A stretch of 63,743 nt of DNA, filler included, from Octopus bimaculoides (GCF_001194135.2; 6 parts of 6 records of this genome joined end to end with filler, not necessarily neighbours in it), one strand, 5' to 3'; shown: positions 24,823-38,215, counted from the whole stretch's first letter. The notes: generated by a model not told the origin, from the sequence alone. Translations and numbers: made by a program.

Positions 24823-24870
24823 GTCTCTGATGAAGGGATATTCCCCATATCCTTGAAACAGCTGTAAGAT
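24823..24870 (+). ncRNA. Apparently intact minimal type I hammerhead ribozyme
   Basis: Stem I GUCU/AGAU; core CUGAUGA (24827-24833); stem II AGGGAUAU/AUAUCCUU with loop UCCCC; GAA; palindromic stem III ACAGCUGU; cleavage triplet GUA (24864-24866). Confidence 0.75.
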
Positions 24871-25697
24871 TACCTTTCTCTTCATATATGTCCTAGAAAC
24901 TTCACACTGCCTTGGCTTTGTTGTCTCATTTTATTTAACGTGTGTGTGTCTTAAATAAAATTAGACAACTAATCCAAGGCAGTGTGAAATTTTTGCTCCA
25001 TTCATCTAATTGAAGAAATGTACACACACGTGGAACCTTAAAGGACACAAAAATGTAAGCCTAAAGACTTAACGAACTTTTTTCATTTCTTTCCTTTTTT
25101 CTTTTTTTTTTCCTGTCTATATTCCTCCGTTAAATTCTAAATCATTCTGACGATGTTTGTTAAATGGAACGAGATAAATGCAAATTTACTTCAAAAATAA
25201 CTAACTAAAACAGCTGTAGATGTTTTTTTAACTACAATAAAACTATGACCTTTTAATGCCAATGATCAACTTCTAATTACTAATTGTTGCNNNNNNNNNN
25301 NNNNNNNNNNNNNNNNNNNNNNNNNNNNNNNNNNNNNNNNNNNNNNNNNNNNNNNNNNNNNNNNNNNNNNNNNNNNNNNNNNNNNNNNNNNNNNNNNNNN
25401 NNNNNNNNNNNNNNNNNNNNNNNGAAAATGCCCCTTGCATTTGAATACTATGGAAATATCTTTTTTAAAATGTTCATTTAATTTTTTTCACAATTTAATT
25501 GTTTTCCATACTTAGGGTTGAAAAAGTCTCAATGACTGAAACCAGTACTAAAATGTTTTTTATGATTAAAATTATTTTAGCATTTTCTATCTTGACTTTA
25601 TATATATATATACATTTGTATGTATGTATGTATGTATGTATGTATGTATATATACATACATATATATATGCATACATGTATACGTGTATATATATAT

Positions 25698-26010
25698 GGT
25701 GTAGGTGCAGTATAACTGAATGGATAAGAAGTTCGTTTTACAACTACGAGGTCCTGATTTCAGTCCCATAACGTGGCATCTGGGGCAAATGTCAATTTCT
25801 TTAGGTTTCAATCGATTCATAGGAGGGTAACTGGGTCCACGAAAACGGTGTAGATGACAACTAGGGTGGGGATTATACCCATAATTCGAAAGGTGCAGCC
25901 TTGTCACACACAATGTCATGCTGATTCTGTGGAATACTCAGCCAATTGTGTGTTGGTTCGGTTGATCAAACAACTAAATCTCATCGTCGAACGAAGAAGA
26001 GTCATCCATC
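25698..26010 (+). mobile_element. Old chimeric SINE (family A-like head, tail shared with 61654-61964)
   Basis: Head GGTGTAGGTGCAGTATAACTGAATGG..TTCAGTCCC; tail CAGCCTTGTCACAC...CTGTGGAATACTCAGCCA...CGGTTGATC. Confidence 0.5.
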
Positions 26011-26034
26011 CATATATGGTCATGGATCTTTCAC

Positions 26035-26290
26035 TTCTGATGGAATCGTAGAAGTTTCACACGTGACATACGGTGAATCTTGAGCGTTTTAAACCTGGCA
26101 GAGCTCATCCCCCACGAAGTTTGAACACAGCTGATTTCTTTCAGAGAGAGAAAAGAATCGAACACAGCACTTGACCTCGAAAGATTGAAAAGCAAACTTG
26201 ACCTCGAAAGATTGAAAAGCAAACTTGACCTCGAAAGATTGAAAAGCAAACTTGACCTCCAGACATACTGGATAATGTCACTCGAGCTTC
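26035..26290 (-). mobile_element. Mariner 5' fragment containing a 27-bp tandem triplication
   Basis: The unit CTTGACCTCGAAAGATTGAAAAGCAAA occurs three times (26170-26250) plus a partial copy; degenerate mariner N-terminal reading (KIHRM). Confidence 0.5.
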
Positions 26291-26950
26291 ATAATGTTTA
26301 AAATACAAAAGGCGAGATAGTTACGGCTGGATTACCTTTTTTTTTTTTTGTGTGTGCTTCGCCAGGTCCGACCTGAAGTTAGACAATAACAATAACAATA
26401 ACGACTATGCTCAGAAAATTTTCTGTCACCCAAAAAACGTTTCCCTTTTTTCCCACAATGAAAATATTCTTGACACGCCCACCAGTTTCATAAAACACGC
26501 CTACTAATTACATTAAAAAAAAAACGCCAATTAATGATACGAAGCTGCATCGAGTTAAATCACACATTTTAAAAACCAATGTTTATTGTTTGAGGTTTAT
26601 ATTTCTCGCTGTTTACCTAGTTTTCTCTCTCTCTCTCTCTCTCTCTCTCCCTATTTCTCTCTTACTCTCTCTCTCTCTCTCCCTTGCTTCTTCCTCACTC
26701 TAACTTTTCTATCTCTCTCTCTCTCTCTTTATCTCTCTCTGAATCGGTGATTCTTTCTCTCTCTTTTATCCATTCTTTGTTCAGTCTGAATGTCGCTTCT
26801 CTTTCCCTGCATCTCCATTTTTTTTTTCTGTATCCTTAATCTCTATCTCTATCTTTTATCACTTTTTTTTTTCTGTCCTTATCATCTTCTTATTAGTCAT
26901 TCCATTCAATTGACTGCCCCCTCTTTTCCCTCGTAACGTTTCATTTTCCA

Positions 26951-26988
26951 ATAACGTTTTATCAGACTAAAGTCTGATAAAACGTTAT
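26951..26988. repeat. Perfect 18-bp inverted repeat, 2-nt spacer
   Basis: ATAACGTTTTATCAGACT-AA-AGTCTGATAAAACGTTAT. Confidence 0.95.
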
Positions 26989-27229
26989 CGTTTCATCTCT
27001 CTTCCTCATCTTTACATTATCTTCTTTCTCCACACTCACACCCACTCATATTTTGTATTTCATTCACCCACACAATGCATTATCAGTCCTTATAGTAAAG
27101 AAACAAAATCTGTACAATATCTATTAATCTTGAGTTTGTTAATCTATAAATTCAATGCCAAGTCACTCCTAAACACTTAATCGTATTAAACACTTTCTAT
27201 TTATCATTTCACTTTACTAATCTAAGTAA

Positions 27230-28500
27230 ATTAGATATCCTGCTGATTTAAGATATCTTGATTTCTTAGATACATAAACTTGAATTAGATAACGTAATTT
27301 AGACAACTCTATGTAATTTAAGATATTTTAGCGTGAGTCAGGTATCTTAATGTTCGAAATCTTAACGTAATTTATATCATAACATGGATTAACCATTTTG
27401 ACGTGAATTATGAACCTTAAAGTGAGTTTACTTAAGTTAGATATTTAACAGGGTTTAAGTATCTTGACTTCAATCAAATATCTTGAATATAATACTGATA
27501 ACATAAGACAGACATCTCGTTATCAGATTAGATAATGGGGAAGTTAACGTGATTTTCATAAAGCAAGTGATATAATTTAAGTTAGCATAATTTGGGTAAT
27601 GTAACTTGATTTAATATATTTTAACTTGATTTGGTTACCGAAACGGAATTTAGATATGAATGCGATATGTAAACGGGATTTAGATAACATGAGTTATATG
27701 CCTTAACATCATAAATAAAGCGTGGTTCAGATAGCTAGACATCATTTAGATAATGATAATTAGATGCCGTAACATGATTTAGATACCTTAACACGATTCA
27801 GATAATGTGAGTTAACTATTTAAGCATGATTTTAGTTATTGTGAATTAGATATTTTAACATGCTTTACATAAAGTGGAGTGGATATCTTAATGAATTATA
27901 GATAACAGGTATTGGATATTTTAATATCATTTAGATAGCCTGAAGTAACTTAAATAACGGGAATTAGATATCTTAACGCAATACGCGTAATGTGAATTTT
28001 TTTACCTTAACGTGAGATACAGAACGATAATTAGATGTTGTTATATTTCGGGATGGTCATTTTTTTCTTGCCAGATAAACTCACGCACTAATTAGATAAT
28101 TTAACGTTATTTAGATGAAATAGATAAGATTTTAGCATGATTTAAAATATGTGAGTAATTTACGTGAATTAAATAATGTAGTTTACATAACGTGAAACTT
28201 AGAAATATTTATGTGGTTTAAAGATAGTTAAGATATCTTAATGTGATTCAGATAACGTGAATTATGTATCTTAATGGGATTTAAATAACGTGAGTTGCAT
28301 GACGTAATTTAGATAATACAGTTTAGGTTATCTTAAGGTGATTTGAATAACGTGATTTAGTTATATTAACATAATTTGCATAACGCGAATTAGATATCCT
28401 GACATGATTCAAATAACGTGACTTAAATACTATGAATTAGATATATCTTAACGTGATTTAAAATATTTTAAAGCGTTTAAGATATTTTAATGACTTAGGC
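27230..28500. repeat. Highly degenerate minisatellite-like array (AACGTGATTTAGAT[ATCTT])
   Basis: Dozens of variants of TTAGAT, ATATCTTAA and AACGTGA in a consistent order over ~1.3 kb. Confidence 0.75.
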
Positions 28501-28894
28501 AGGTTAACTGGAATTCTGAATTTTAATAAATCAAGAATAAAAATCACGTGCTAAATTAAACCCACGTGAAAACATGTCACGCTATACAACTGATGTTGTT
28601 TAATGCCAGTCAGCCTTTATACAGCAAACCTAGGATCAAAGATTGTCACGGGTTTTTTTTAGGATTACACTAACTAATATGTAATTCTCCTAAACGTGTG
28701 GTTTGAGGGTGAATTGACTGCCATTTTTTGTAAGCATTCCAGAGAAGGGAGAAACAGGAGTAAGGAGTTGCATGCTTTTCCCCGAAGGTATTGAATATGT
28801 AAAATGAGTTCCAAGAGGTATTCGAACATACGTCGCCGGCTCTGTTCCTTGTGAATTTTTCACTTTACAACAGCATCCATTATGTTTGTTGCAA

Positions 28895-28928
<34 letters not shown>

Positions 28929-29424
28929 CTGATAATGATGATGACAACGATGATGAGCGGGGTCTTGTTCTTGTTCTTGTTTAGCCTTAGTTTAGCCCTC
29001 TTCAAGCAAACTTATGGCCAAAATTATTCCAGAAATTGTTCACTATATCTTTTTGTACAATCAGTGTTATATTGCTTAGTATTCTATGTTCTGTTCCTTT
29101 TTTAAAACGGCATGTGGCTGGTATTTCGAAAGGCCACGTTGAGATATCATTGCCCTCGTAATATTGATTTCTCGAATTGTTTCAAAAGCATAGCTAGAAA
29201 ACAGTGCTATAGTGTTGTGATAGACCAACCGAGGAGCTTTCACGTGGGATCGATCTGCTAGAAACAACAGCTAAATGTCCTTCATATCATACCCGACAAT
29301 TTTAGAAATGAATACGTTGAAAAGAATATAACCTGGGTCCTCTACAAAGAGAAAAATGATTATAAGTCTGGTCGAGCAGGTTTGAACTACGGCTAACCAA
29401 TACACTAATAACACGAACACACAA

Positions 29425-29479
<55 letters not shown>

Positions 29480-29984
29480 NNNNNNNNNNNNNNNNNNNNN
29501 NNNNNNNNNNNNNNNNNNNNNNNNNNNNNNNNNNNNNNNNNNNNNNNNNNNNNNNNNNNNNNNNNNNNNNNNNNNNNNNNNNNNNNNNNNNNNNNNNNNN
29601 NNNNNNNNNNNNNNNNNNNNNNNNNNNNNNNNNNNNNNNNNNNNNNNNNNNNNNNNNNNNNNNNNNNNNNNNNNNNNNNNNNNNNNNNNNNNNNNNNNNN
29701 NNNNNNNNNNNNNNNNNNNNNNNNNNNNNNNNNNNNNNNNNNNNNNNNNNNNNNNNNNNNNNNNNNNNNNNNNNNNNNNNNNNNNNNNNNNNNNNCTGAA
29801 CCCCTTCCTCCTGACTAAGCTATGAAAATAGATAAATATTTTATAACAAAAATTAATTCAAAGTCTCATTAGAGGACTTGAGGTTTAACACCGAGTTAAC
29901 TCTGATCTGCAAACCTATGGTTAAAGTTGTTCAAACCATGACCATATAAGCTTTACGAAGTGGTATCAAATGTTATATTTAATA

Positions 29985-30699
29985 AAAAAAATAACTTATT
30001 TACCTAAGTTTTAACATCATCTCCTTCGAAATAGTCACCTTGCGCAACAATACAACGGTCACAGCATTCCTGCGACTTTTGGAATACGGGATGAAAGTTG
30101 TTTTCCGTAAGCGAGGCGAGGATCTTCTGCGGTTCGCTCTGGATCTCGACAACGATGTTAAAACGGCGACATTTGAGCAGTATTTTCTTTGTGAAGAATC
30201 CAATTCTTCACACTCCACAGACCTGGACGCTTTCGCCGAATGTCCTCCTTCAAACGCTTCAAAGCATGACAGTAGAACTCTCGATTGGCGGCTGGCCCTG
30301 GGGGACGAATTCTCGATGCACAATACCACATTCCCGGGGGTGACGCTCTTGGCAGGCCTTCCAGATCGTTCGTTGTCTTCTGGAGACGTTCTTCCTCTTT
30401 TCAAGCCACTCGAAACATTGCATACGACTCATTGCTTCGTCGCTGTAAGCTTGCCGAAGCATGTACAATGTTTTTGTAGCAGACTTCCTAAGTTTAAGGC
30501 AAAATTTCACGTTGGCTCTTTGTTCCTGTCCATGATAAAATCGCAGACTACAGCAGACACGTGATCACAAAAACACAAATTTCACAAGTTACGAAGTAAA
30601 CACAGCGATGTCACTCGGCACACTGTCTCATGAAGGTCATTGCTAGCTCTCACTGCGCACGCAACTGTATGCTGTCATCTGTTGGTGCGCTACTGCACC

Positions 30700-30710
<11 letters not shown>
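29985..30710 (-). mobile_element. Internally deleted mariner element
   Basis: KFCLKLRKSATKTLYMLRQAYSDEAMSRMQCFEW, KRGRTSPEDNERSGRP, EFVPQGQ and terminal GDYFEGD readings in shifting frames. Confidence 0.85.
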
Positions 30711-30783
<73 letters not shown>

Positions 30784-32681
30784 NNNNNNNNNNNNNNNNN
30801 NNNNNNNNNNNNNNNNNNNNNNNNNNNNNNNNNNNNNNNNNNNNNNNNNNNNNNNNNNNNNNNNNNNNNNNNNNNNNNNNNNNNNNNNNNNNNNNNNNNN
30901 NNNNNNNNNNNNNNNNNNNNNNNNNNNNNNNNNNNNNNNNNNNNNNNNNNNNNNNNNNNNNNNNNNNNNNNNNNNNNNNNNNNNNNNNNNNNNNNNNNNN
31001 NNNNNNNNNNNNNNNNNNNNNNNNNNNNNNNNNNNNNNNNNNNNNNNNNNNNNNNNNNNNNNNNNNNNNNNNNNNNNNNNNNNNNNNNNNNNNNNNNNNN
31101 NNNNNNNNNNNNNNNNNNNNNNNNNNNNNNNNNNNNNNNNNNNNNNNNNNNNNNNNNNNNNNNNNNNNNNNNNNNNNNNNNNNNNNNNNNNNNNNNNNNN
31201 NNNNNNNNNNNNNNNNNNNNNNNNNNNNNNNNNNNNNNNNNNNNNNNNNNNNNNNNNNNNNNNNNNNNNNNNNNNNNNNNNNNNNNNNNNNNNNNNNNNN
31301 NNNNNNNNNNNNNNNNNNNNNNNNNNNNNNNNNNNNNNNNNNNNNNNNNNNNNNNNNNNNNNNNNNNNNNNNNNNNNNNNNNNNNNNNNNNNTATATATA
31401 TATATATATATTGAAAAAAAAAGTCGTCAGAATTTTGGAATAACTTCTTTCATTTATTTTATACATATATTAGCGCTTTCGTTCGTCTTTCGAACTTGTC
31501 AAATATAACTGTGAAAATACAGAGATCTAGCTTATTTATATAAAAACAGGTGTTTTGGGGGGTTTTGTTTATAACCCTTATACATATTATATACACACAT
31601 ATTATAGAAAGGGTCGAAATCTCTATAACAGTTATTCGGGCATTTCGAGTTTAATTCAAATGTCAAATTCACTTGTAATAACTGATATTTACATATATAT
31701 TTTTTTAATGGTGGAGAATGGCAGAATCGGTGCCTCGAATACCCTGAGGTATTTCGTTCCGTTTAAGTTACATCATCTTTGTCTTTCTTATAACAAAATT
31801 TACCAAGTGGTACCCTAGCATGATTGCAGACCAATGATTGATATCAATAAAGTCAAAGAATGAAAGTATGTTTAAATGTTAATACGTAATTATTACTGAT
31901 CTGTTGTCTTTAATTATTGACATTTCAGTGCTTGATTACTTCAGAACTACAAATCAATGCACCACAACACTTGCTGTTCCTACAAAAGTATATCGAACCA
32001 TCGAAACTTAACACATCAGTACTTTACAACTATGGTCTACTGTCTAATACACAGAATATAGATTCAAACCTTAACACATCAGCACTTTAGAATCATGCTC
32101 TGTGTACATGTGCAGTGTAAACTGAAGCTGTATGCCTGTCTCAATATACTATTGACTTTTAGTTACATTTCAACACTTCAAACCTTTATATTGAAAGTTC
32201 GCTGCAGATTCATTCAACAGCTAAGTTTACATTTGTCAACTGTTCCAACGTATAATAAACATTCATCAAATCATGACATAGCAATGTTGTTTTATAAACA
32301 GGACTTACGAATACACAGTTAAATTTCAGTATTCTGTTGCGATACATGACGACATTTTCTCAGATCTTAAAGTTGTCAACACATCTGCTCAATAGCAACA
32401 AATCTTTACTGTTTTCGCAGACTCAACACAACAACATTATCTAATAGGAATTCAGTATCAATGATCTGCTGTTCTGATATGTCATTGTTTTATTTATTTT
32501 TGTGCTTTGATTTTCTTTTTTAATCAGATCTCCGTGAAACTTCCCTTTCGCAAATTATTCATTACCGGAAATGCTTTCATTTAACTTTTTTTCTAAACTT
32601 CCTAAATGAACCGTCTCACGCTCTCTCAACCTTTCGCTCTCCCCTTTTTTTTTTTCGCACTCTCCCGTTCTCTGCTTCTTC

Positions 32682-32715
<34 letters not shown>

Positions 32716-32964
32716 GTTATTGTTGTTATTATTATTATTTATCTTCTCTTTACCTCCATCTCTCGTTTCTTCTTTTTATCACTCTCCCAGTTCTTCAGCC
32801 AAGGAGATCTACAGCTTTTAATTAAATTTTTCCCCTTTATTGCATTTCTTCACCCCTCACTCACNNNNNNNNNNNNNNNNNNNNNNNNNNNNNNNNNNNN
32901 NNNNNNNNTTAATTAATTAANNNNNNNNNNNNNNNNNNNNNNNNNNNNNNNNNNNNNNNNNNNN

Positions 32965-33510
32965 AATAATTTTCCATTCATATGACTGTATTTCTTTAAT
33001 TCTTCAATAGATGGCTTTATTGACGATTTCATTTCGTTCAAGTATTTTTCTTTGTTCCATTCTGTCAACAACTTCACCTTCAAGGGTTTTTCAAATTTCC
33101 ACCAGATTATTTTAACAAGGTGTACTCATGTATTCTCCTGTATGACCGTTTCCAGTATACGACTCGACGCCCGTAAGAAGGAATCCGTCTTCGATGTGTG
33201 ACCACTTGACGAGCTATCACGCCATCACACTTCCGGCCCCGTTTTTGACGTCATAACCTCTCCTTTCCGAACACTGTCCTACAAACTGATCTAAAGCACT
33301 CTGCTTGTCTATTTCGTTTCGTAATCGTCCATCGTGTCAGAAGCGGGACACGTTTCCTTTGAGATTTCTCTTCAGGTCATCCATTCATTTCCCCTTCGTC
33401 ATCGAACACGTGATGCTTCATTCCCTCCACTGATACATTATTCGGAGTAGTGGTCGCAATCACCCTTCCCCTTTCCCCACTGTAGAACTTTCTTAAGCTT
33501 TACATAAAAA
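32965..33510 (-). promoter_or_regulatory. ZNF-unit upstream module (CpG-rich promoter-like region + upstream exon), no linked ORF visible
   Basis: RC aligns with 47495-47927 + 48574-48670 (identical 16-mer ATGGACGATTACGAAA; GCCATCTA..GAAGAATTAAAGAAATACA). Contains ETS-like CACTTCCGG (33228), CRE TGACGTCA (33246) and E-box CACGTG (33407). Confidence 0.6.
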
Positions 33511-33591
33511 TAATCAGGAGAAAAAGTGCGTTGTTTATTTCTTTTCAATCAACTACACACTGAGTAGACAAATACCATTGGCCAACTAAAT

Positions 33592-33923
33592 CAGGGGTCT
33601 CAACCATTTCTTTCCTATGGACACCTGATTAGTATTCTATTCTGGTGGACACCCATAGTCATTCGATGTTTAAAAAGTAGTTTCATGCATACTTTCAAAA
33701 TTCCTATTTAGCTTTTCACAAATCAGCAGATGCAGTTTCCCTAAAATGTGTAAAATGTTAGAGAAAGAAGCCTGTTTCTTGCAATACATAACATCTAAAG
33801 CAAAATTTTTTCGAATTCCCTTTTAAATACAATTATGGTTTTCCATAATATTTTGTTGCGTAATCCCCCTAAATCTTATATGGGATCCAGAGGGGCTGTG
33901 TGGACCTGAATTGAGAACCACTG
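33592..33923. mobile_element. hAT (Charlie-like) MITE
   Basis: Termini CAGGGGTCTCAA / TTGAGAACCACTG; imperfect 8-bp TSD AACTAAAT/ATATAAAT. Confidence 0.7.
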
Positions 33924-34585
33924 ATATAAATTGTCAGATCCTTTCTCCTACCTAACCGGATGGCCCTTCTCTGCAGACCAACTGAATAGCTAGCCCACAG
34001 CGACATTTCTGTGAGCAGTTCGTCTGTTATCAGTACTTGGGAATGCTCCAAGCATGCATTCCGAGGCTTCACCGAACTTTGTATGACCTACACACACACA
34101 TCAAATTAAATGCATAACTGAAAGAGCTACCACTTGTTTAATACTGTTACGTTACTTGAAAAGGCATATTTTTAAGATACGCCTTTTCAAGGCATATCTT
34201 AAGAGCGTACAGCCAAAGAAACCAAGTCAAATCTGACTGGAATCTGGAGCAGCATTCTGGCTTGTCAGCTCATGTCACACTTTTCCACCCAAGCCTGCAA
34301 AGAAAATGGGTGTTAAAGGATGATGATGAAAACACAACAAAGACAAAATCAATGTCGCTTAGATCTTTTATTCATTATTCCTGTATTCTCTCATAACAAA
34401 CTCCTCAAAAATCCAGCACAATCCTCTTCATTTATATATATATATATATACATGATATTGAAGTTGATATTTATTAATTTCATACATTGATAACATGAAG
34501 CTTGTAGAGGAATAAAGCCTGTTTTTCAGCAGACAAAATATTCATAATTGTGGTTCTGTTGTAATAAATTTTGATATTGACTTGG

Positions 34586-35725
34586 TCAGACTTGTGTATG
34601 AATGCTAACATGTGTGTTTAAAAGGCCTTTTCGTAAGAATGATTCACCACAGATATCACACTGATAGGGTTTTTCACCAGTATGAATACGTTCATGACTA
34701 GTCAAATGACTATTTCTAGAGAATAATTTACCACAGATATTACAACGATATGGCTTCTCTCCTGTGTGAATACGTTTGTGATTATTTAAATTACTGTTGT
34801 GTGAAAATGATTTACCACAAATATCACACCGATATGGTTTTTCATCAGTATGAATACGTTTGTGACTAATCAAATAGCTATTTGTAGAGAATGATTTACC
34901 GCAGATATTACAATGATATGGCTTCTCTCCTGTATGAATACGTTTGTGACAAGTTAAAGTGCTACTTTCAGAAAATGATTTACCACAGATATCACAATGA
35001 TATGGCTTCTCTCCTGTATGTGTACGTTTGTGTTTAGTCAAGTCACCATTTCGAGAAAATTGCTTACCACAGATATTACAATAAAATGGATTCTCACCTG
35101 TGTGAGTACTTTTGTGTTTAGGTAAGTTATCACTTCGAGAAAATGATTTGTATGGTTTTTCCCCAGTATGAATATATTTGTGACGAGTTAAAGTGCTATT
35201 CTCAGAAAATGATTTACCACAGATATCACAATGATATGGTTTTTCCCCAGTATGAATACGTATGTGAATAGTCAAGTAACTCTTTCTAGAGAATGAGTTA
35301 CCACAGATATTACAATGAAATGGCTTCTCTTCTGTATGTGTACATTTGTGACTAGTCAACTGACCATTTGTAGAGAATGATGTACCACAGATATCACAAT
35401 GATATGGCTTCTCACCTGTATGAATACGTTTATGCCTTTTCAATTTACCACCTTCAGAAAATGATTCACCACAGATATCACACTGATATGATTTTTTCCC
35501 AGTATGAATACGTCTGTGAATAGTCAAGTGATTACTTCTAGAGAATGATTTACCACAGATATCACAATGATATGGCTTCTTTCCACTATGAATACGTTTG
35601 TGACTGGTTAAACAACGATTTTCAGAAAACGATTTATCACAGATATCACAGGAATATGGTTTCTCTCTTGAATCTGGGTCTTTTGGTTTTGTTATATTAT
35701 TCATTATGAGCGAATAAATTGTCAT
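34586..35725 (-). CDS. C2H2 zinc-finger protein ZNF-1 (12 intact fingers + 1 with a 6-aa deletion)
   Basis: 379-aa ORF of CxxC..HxxxH repeats with TGEKP linkers; finger 7 lacks HCDICG. The probable start is the ATG at 35704 (shared CTCATAATG context). Confidence 0.9.
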   Translation of the reverse strand: MTIYSLIMNNITKPKDPDSREKPYSCDICDKSFSENRCLTSHKRIHSGKKPYHCDICGKSFSRSNHLTIHRRIHTGKKSYQCDICGESFSEGGKLKRHKRIHTGEKPYHCDICGTSFSTNGQLTSHKCTHTEEKPFHCNICGNSFSRKSYLTIHIRIHTGEKPYHCDICGKSFSENSTLTRHKYIHTGEKPYKSFSRSDNLPKHKSTHTGENPFYCNICGKQFSRNGDLTKHKRTHTGEKPYHCDICGKSFSESSTLTCHKRIHTGEKPYHCNICGKSFSTNSYLISHKRIHTDEKPYRCDICGKSFSHNSNLNNHKRIHTGEKPYRCNICGKLFSRNSHLTSHERIHTGEKPYQCDICGESFLRKGLLNTHVSIHTQV

Positions 35726-36243
35726 ACATATTACAATGATAGTGTTTTTACATTTGTATGAAAGTTTGTGTCCAGTTGTGTCACTGCTTACAGAGAATAA
35801 TTTAATGTTATATTTCTTTCATCGGTGATCTTACTTAATATCTAAAACAGAAATGTAAACCGTTAACTTTTTTGTAAAGTAATCCAAGATTAATTAATCG
35901 GTTAATTGATAATCTCCTCTACATTCCAGACAGTGAAGATGGAAAATGTTGCTGTTAAATACAATGTGCAGAAGAAATATTTTCCCATTGTTCATCAAAG
36001 ATTTTATTTATATAAACAGTATTGCAGTACGTGCCTTCCCTGAATTGATGTCAGTAAAATATCAGAGGCACATCTGAATGAAGACATTTCTTTTACATCA
36101 ACATGATATGTTATTCTGAAATAGGAAAGAAACATTAAGATAAAGCGGATAGTTAAACAACAGAATAACATGGCAAATTTTTCAACATCAACACTCTCAT
36201 CCACCTAATGTCTATGTAATAAATTTTGATATTGATGTGTACT

Positions 36244-37054
36244 TCAGTGGTGTTTTTGAAAGGTCTCACCACAGATATCACACTGATATGGGTTTTCCCC
36301 AGTATGGATACGTTTGTGACTAGTCAAGTGACTATTTCTAGAGAATGATGTTCCACAGACACTACAAAAATATGCCTTCTCTCCTGTATGTGTAAGTTTG
36401 TGTTTAAGCAGGTGACCGTTTTGAGAGAAAGATTTACAACAGACATTACAATGATATGGCTTCTCTCCTGTATGAATACGTTTGTGAATAATTAAAGCGT
36501 TATTTTCAGAAAATGATTTATCACAGATGTCACAATGATGTGGCTTCTCTCCTGTATGTGTAGTTTTGTGTTTACCCAAATCACCACGTCGAGAGAATGA
36601 TTTGCCACAGATATCACAATGATATGGCTTCTCACCCGTATGAATACGTTTGTGTATTTGTAGGTTACCAGATTCAGAAAATGATTTACCACAGATATCA
36701 CAGTGAAATGGTTTTTCCCCAGTATGGATACGTTTATGAATAGTCAGCTTACTATTTTCAGAAAATGATTTACCACAGATATCACATTTATGTGGTCTTT
36801 CCCCAGTATGAATACGTCTGTGCCTAATCAATTGACTGTTTCTAGAGAATGATTTACCACAGGTATCACAATGAAACGGTTTCTCTCCTGTATGTGTAGG
36901 TCTGTGCTTAGTCAAGTCACCACTCTGAGTGAATGATTTACCACAGGTATTGCAATGATATGGCTTCTCCCCTGTATGCGTACGTACGTGACGGGTCAAC
37001 AGAATACTTTGAGAGAATGATTTACCACAGACATAACAATGATACGGTTTTCGT
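36244..37054 (-). CDS. C2H2 zinc-finger protein ZNF-2 (partial; 5' part in gap; 9 fingers + truncated last finger)
   Basis: Open array from the gap edge to a TGA at 36244; the last finger ends CDICGETFQKHH*. Confidence 0.8.
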
Positions 37055-38037
37055 NNNNNNNNNNNNNNNNNNNNNNNNNNNNNNNNNNNNNNNNNNNNNN
37101 NNNNNNNNNNNNNNNNNNNNNNNNNNNNNNNNNNNNNNNNNNNNNNNNNNNNNNNNNNNNNNNNNNNNNNNNNNNNNNNNNNNNNNNNNNNNNNNNNNNN
37201 NNNNNNNNNNNNNNNNNNNNNNNNNNNNNNNNNNNNNNNNNNNNNNNNNNNNNNNNNNNNNNNNNNNNNNNNNNNNNNNNNNNNNNNNNNNNNNNNNNNN
37301 NNNNNNNNNNNNNNNNNNNNNNNNNNNNNNNNNNNNNNNNNNNNNNNNNNNNNNNNNNNNNNNNNNNNNNNNNNNNNNNNNNNNNNNNNNNNNNNNNNNN
37401 NNNNNNNNNNNNNNNNNNNNNNNNNTCTTTTGCATTCCAATGAATATGTTAGCATTCGATTGTGTCACTATTTTCAGAGAAAAATTTTATGTTATGCTTC
37501 TTTCATCTCTGATCTTCCATAATATCCAATATCCAAAAACAGAAGATGTAAAACTGTCAAGTCCTTTGTAAAGTTAACCAAGTTTAATTAACCTGTAAAG
37601 CAATCACTTCCTCTACATTCCAGACAGTGAAGACAAGAAAATGTTGCTGTTAATTCCATCGTCCAGAAGAAATATTTTCCAACTGTTCATCATAGATTTT
37701 ACTTATATAAAAGTAGTTGATTTATTGATGAATGTGCTTTGTAAATACCTCGTTTTCTTTTAATCGATGAAGTGGAATAAAAATCTCAGATGTGATATTC
37801 TGAAATGGAAAAAGAATGTAGTAAGAAAGAGAGGATGGATGGTGAATTGACAGAATAATTCAACATTGCAAATATTATACAACATTAACAGTCTTCCATC
37901 AAATGTCTGTGTTTGTATAGGTCAGAATCTATTAAGGCGTTGAAACTTTAACATCGTGTCTCTAGGTGAATTGCTTTCACATTTCTCTAATTATTTATAT
38001 TTTTCTCTTTTTTTCTTTGCTCTCAATTGTCTTCCCC

Positions 38038-38215
38038 GTGAAGTGGCATGGTCTAATGGTTAGGGTAAGGATGTAAGTTTGATACACATTGGCACACTGT
38101 GTCCCCAAGGCACTTTATTTCACATTGCTTCAGCATACTCAGGATATCAAAGTCCATTTTTCTGTGGATTGTCTTCGTTTTATTATCAATCCCACAGATA
38201 AACGTACGTAAAACT
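38038..38215 (+). mobile_element. Old tRNA-headed SINE (CORE-like)
   Basis: GTGGCATGGTCTAATGGTTAGGG head; TGTGTCCCCAAGGCACTTTATTTCACATTGCTTCAG body. Confidence 0.45.

Noticed and set aside
26170-26259. CRISPR-like direct repeats
   Set aside because: 27-bp units are contiguous with no spacers; a tandem duplication in a mariner fragment of a eukaryotic genome.
26959-26968. TTATCAGACT resembles part of miR-21
   Set aside because: Only a 10-nt match, no pre-miRNA-sized hairpin, and miR-21 is a vertebrate family.
28851-29105. ORF with poly-Met and a signal-peptide-like segment
   Set aside because: Built from a (GAT)n microsatellite plus a short dispersed repeat also seen near 21710 and 29890.
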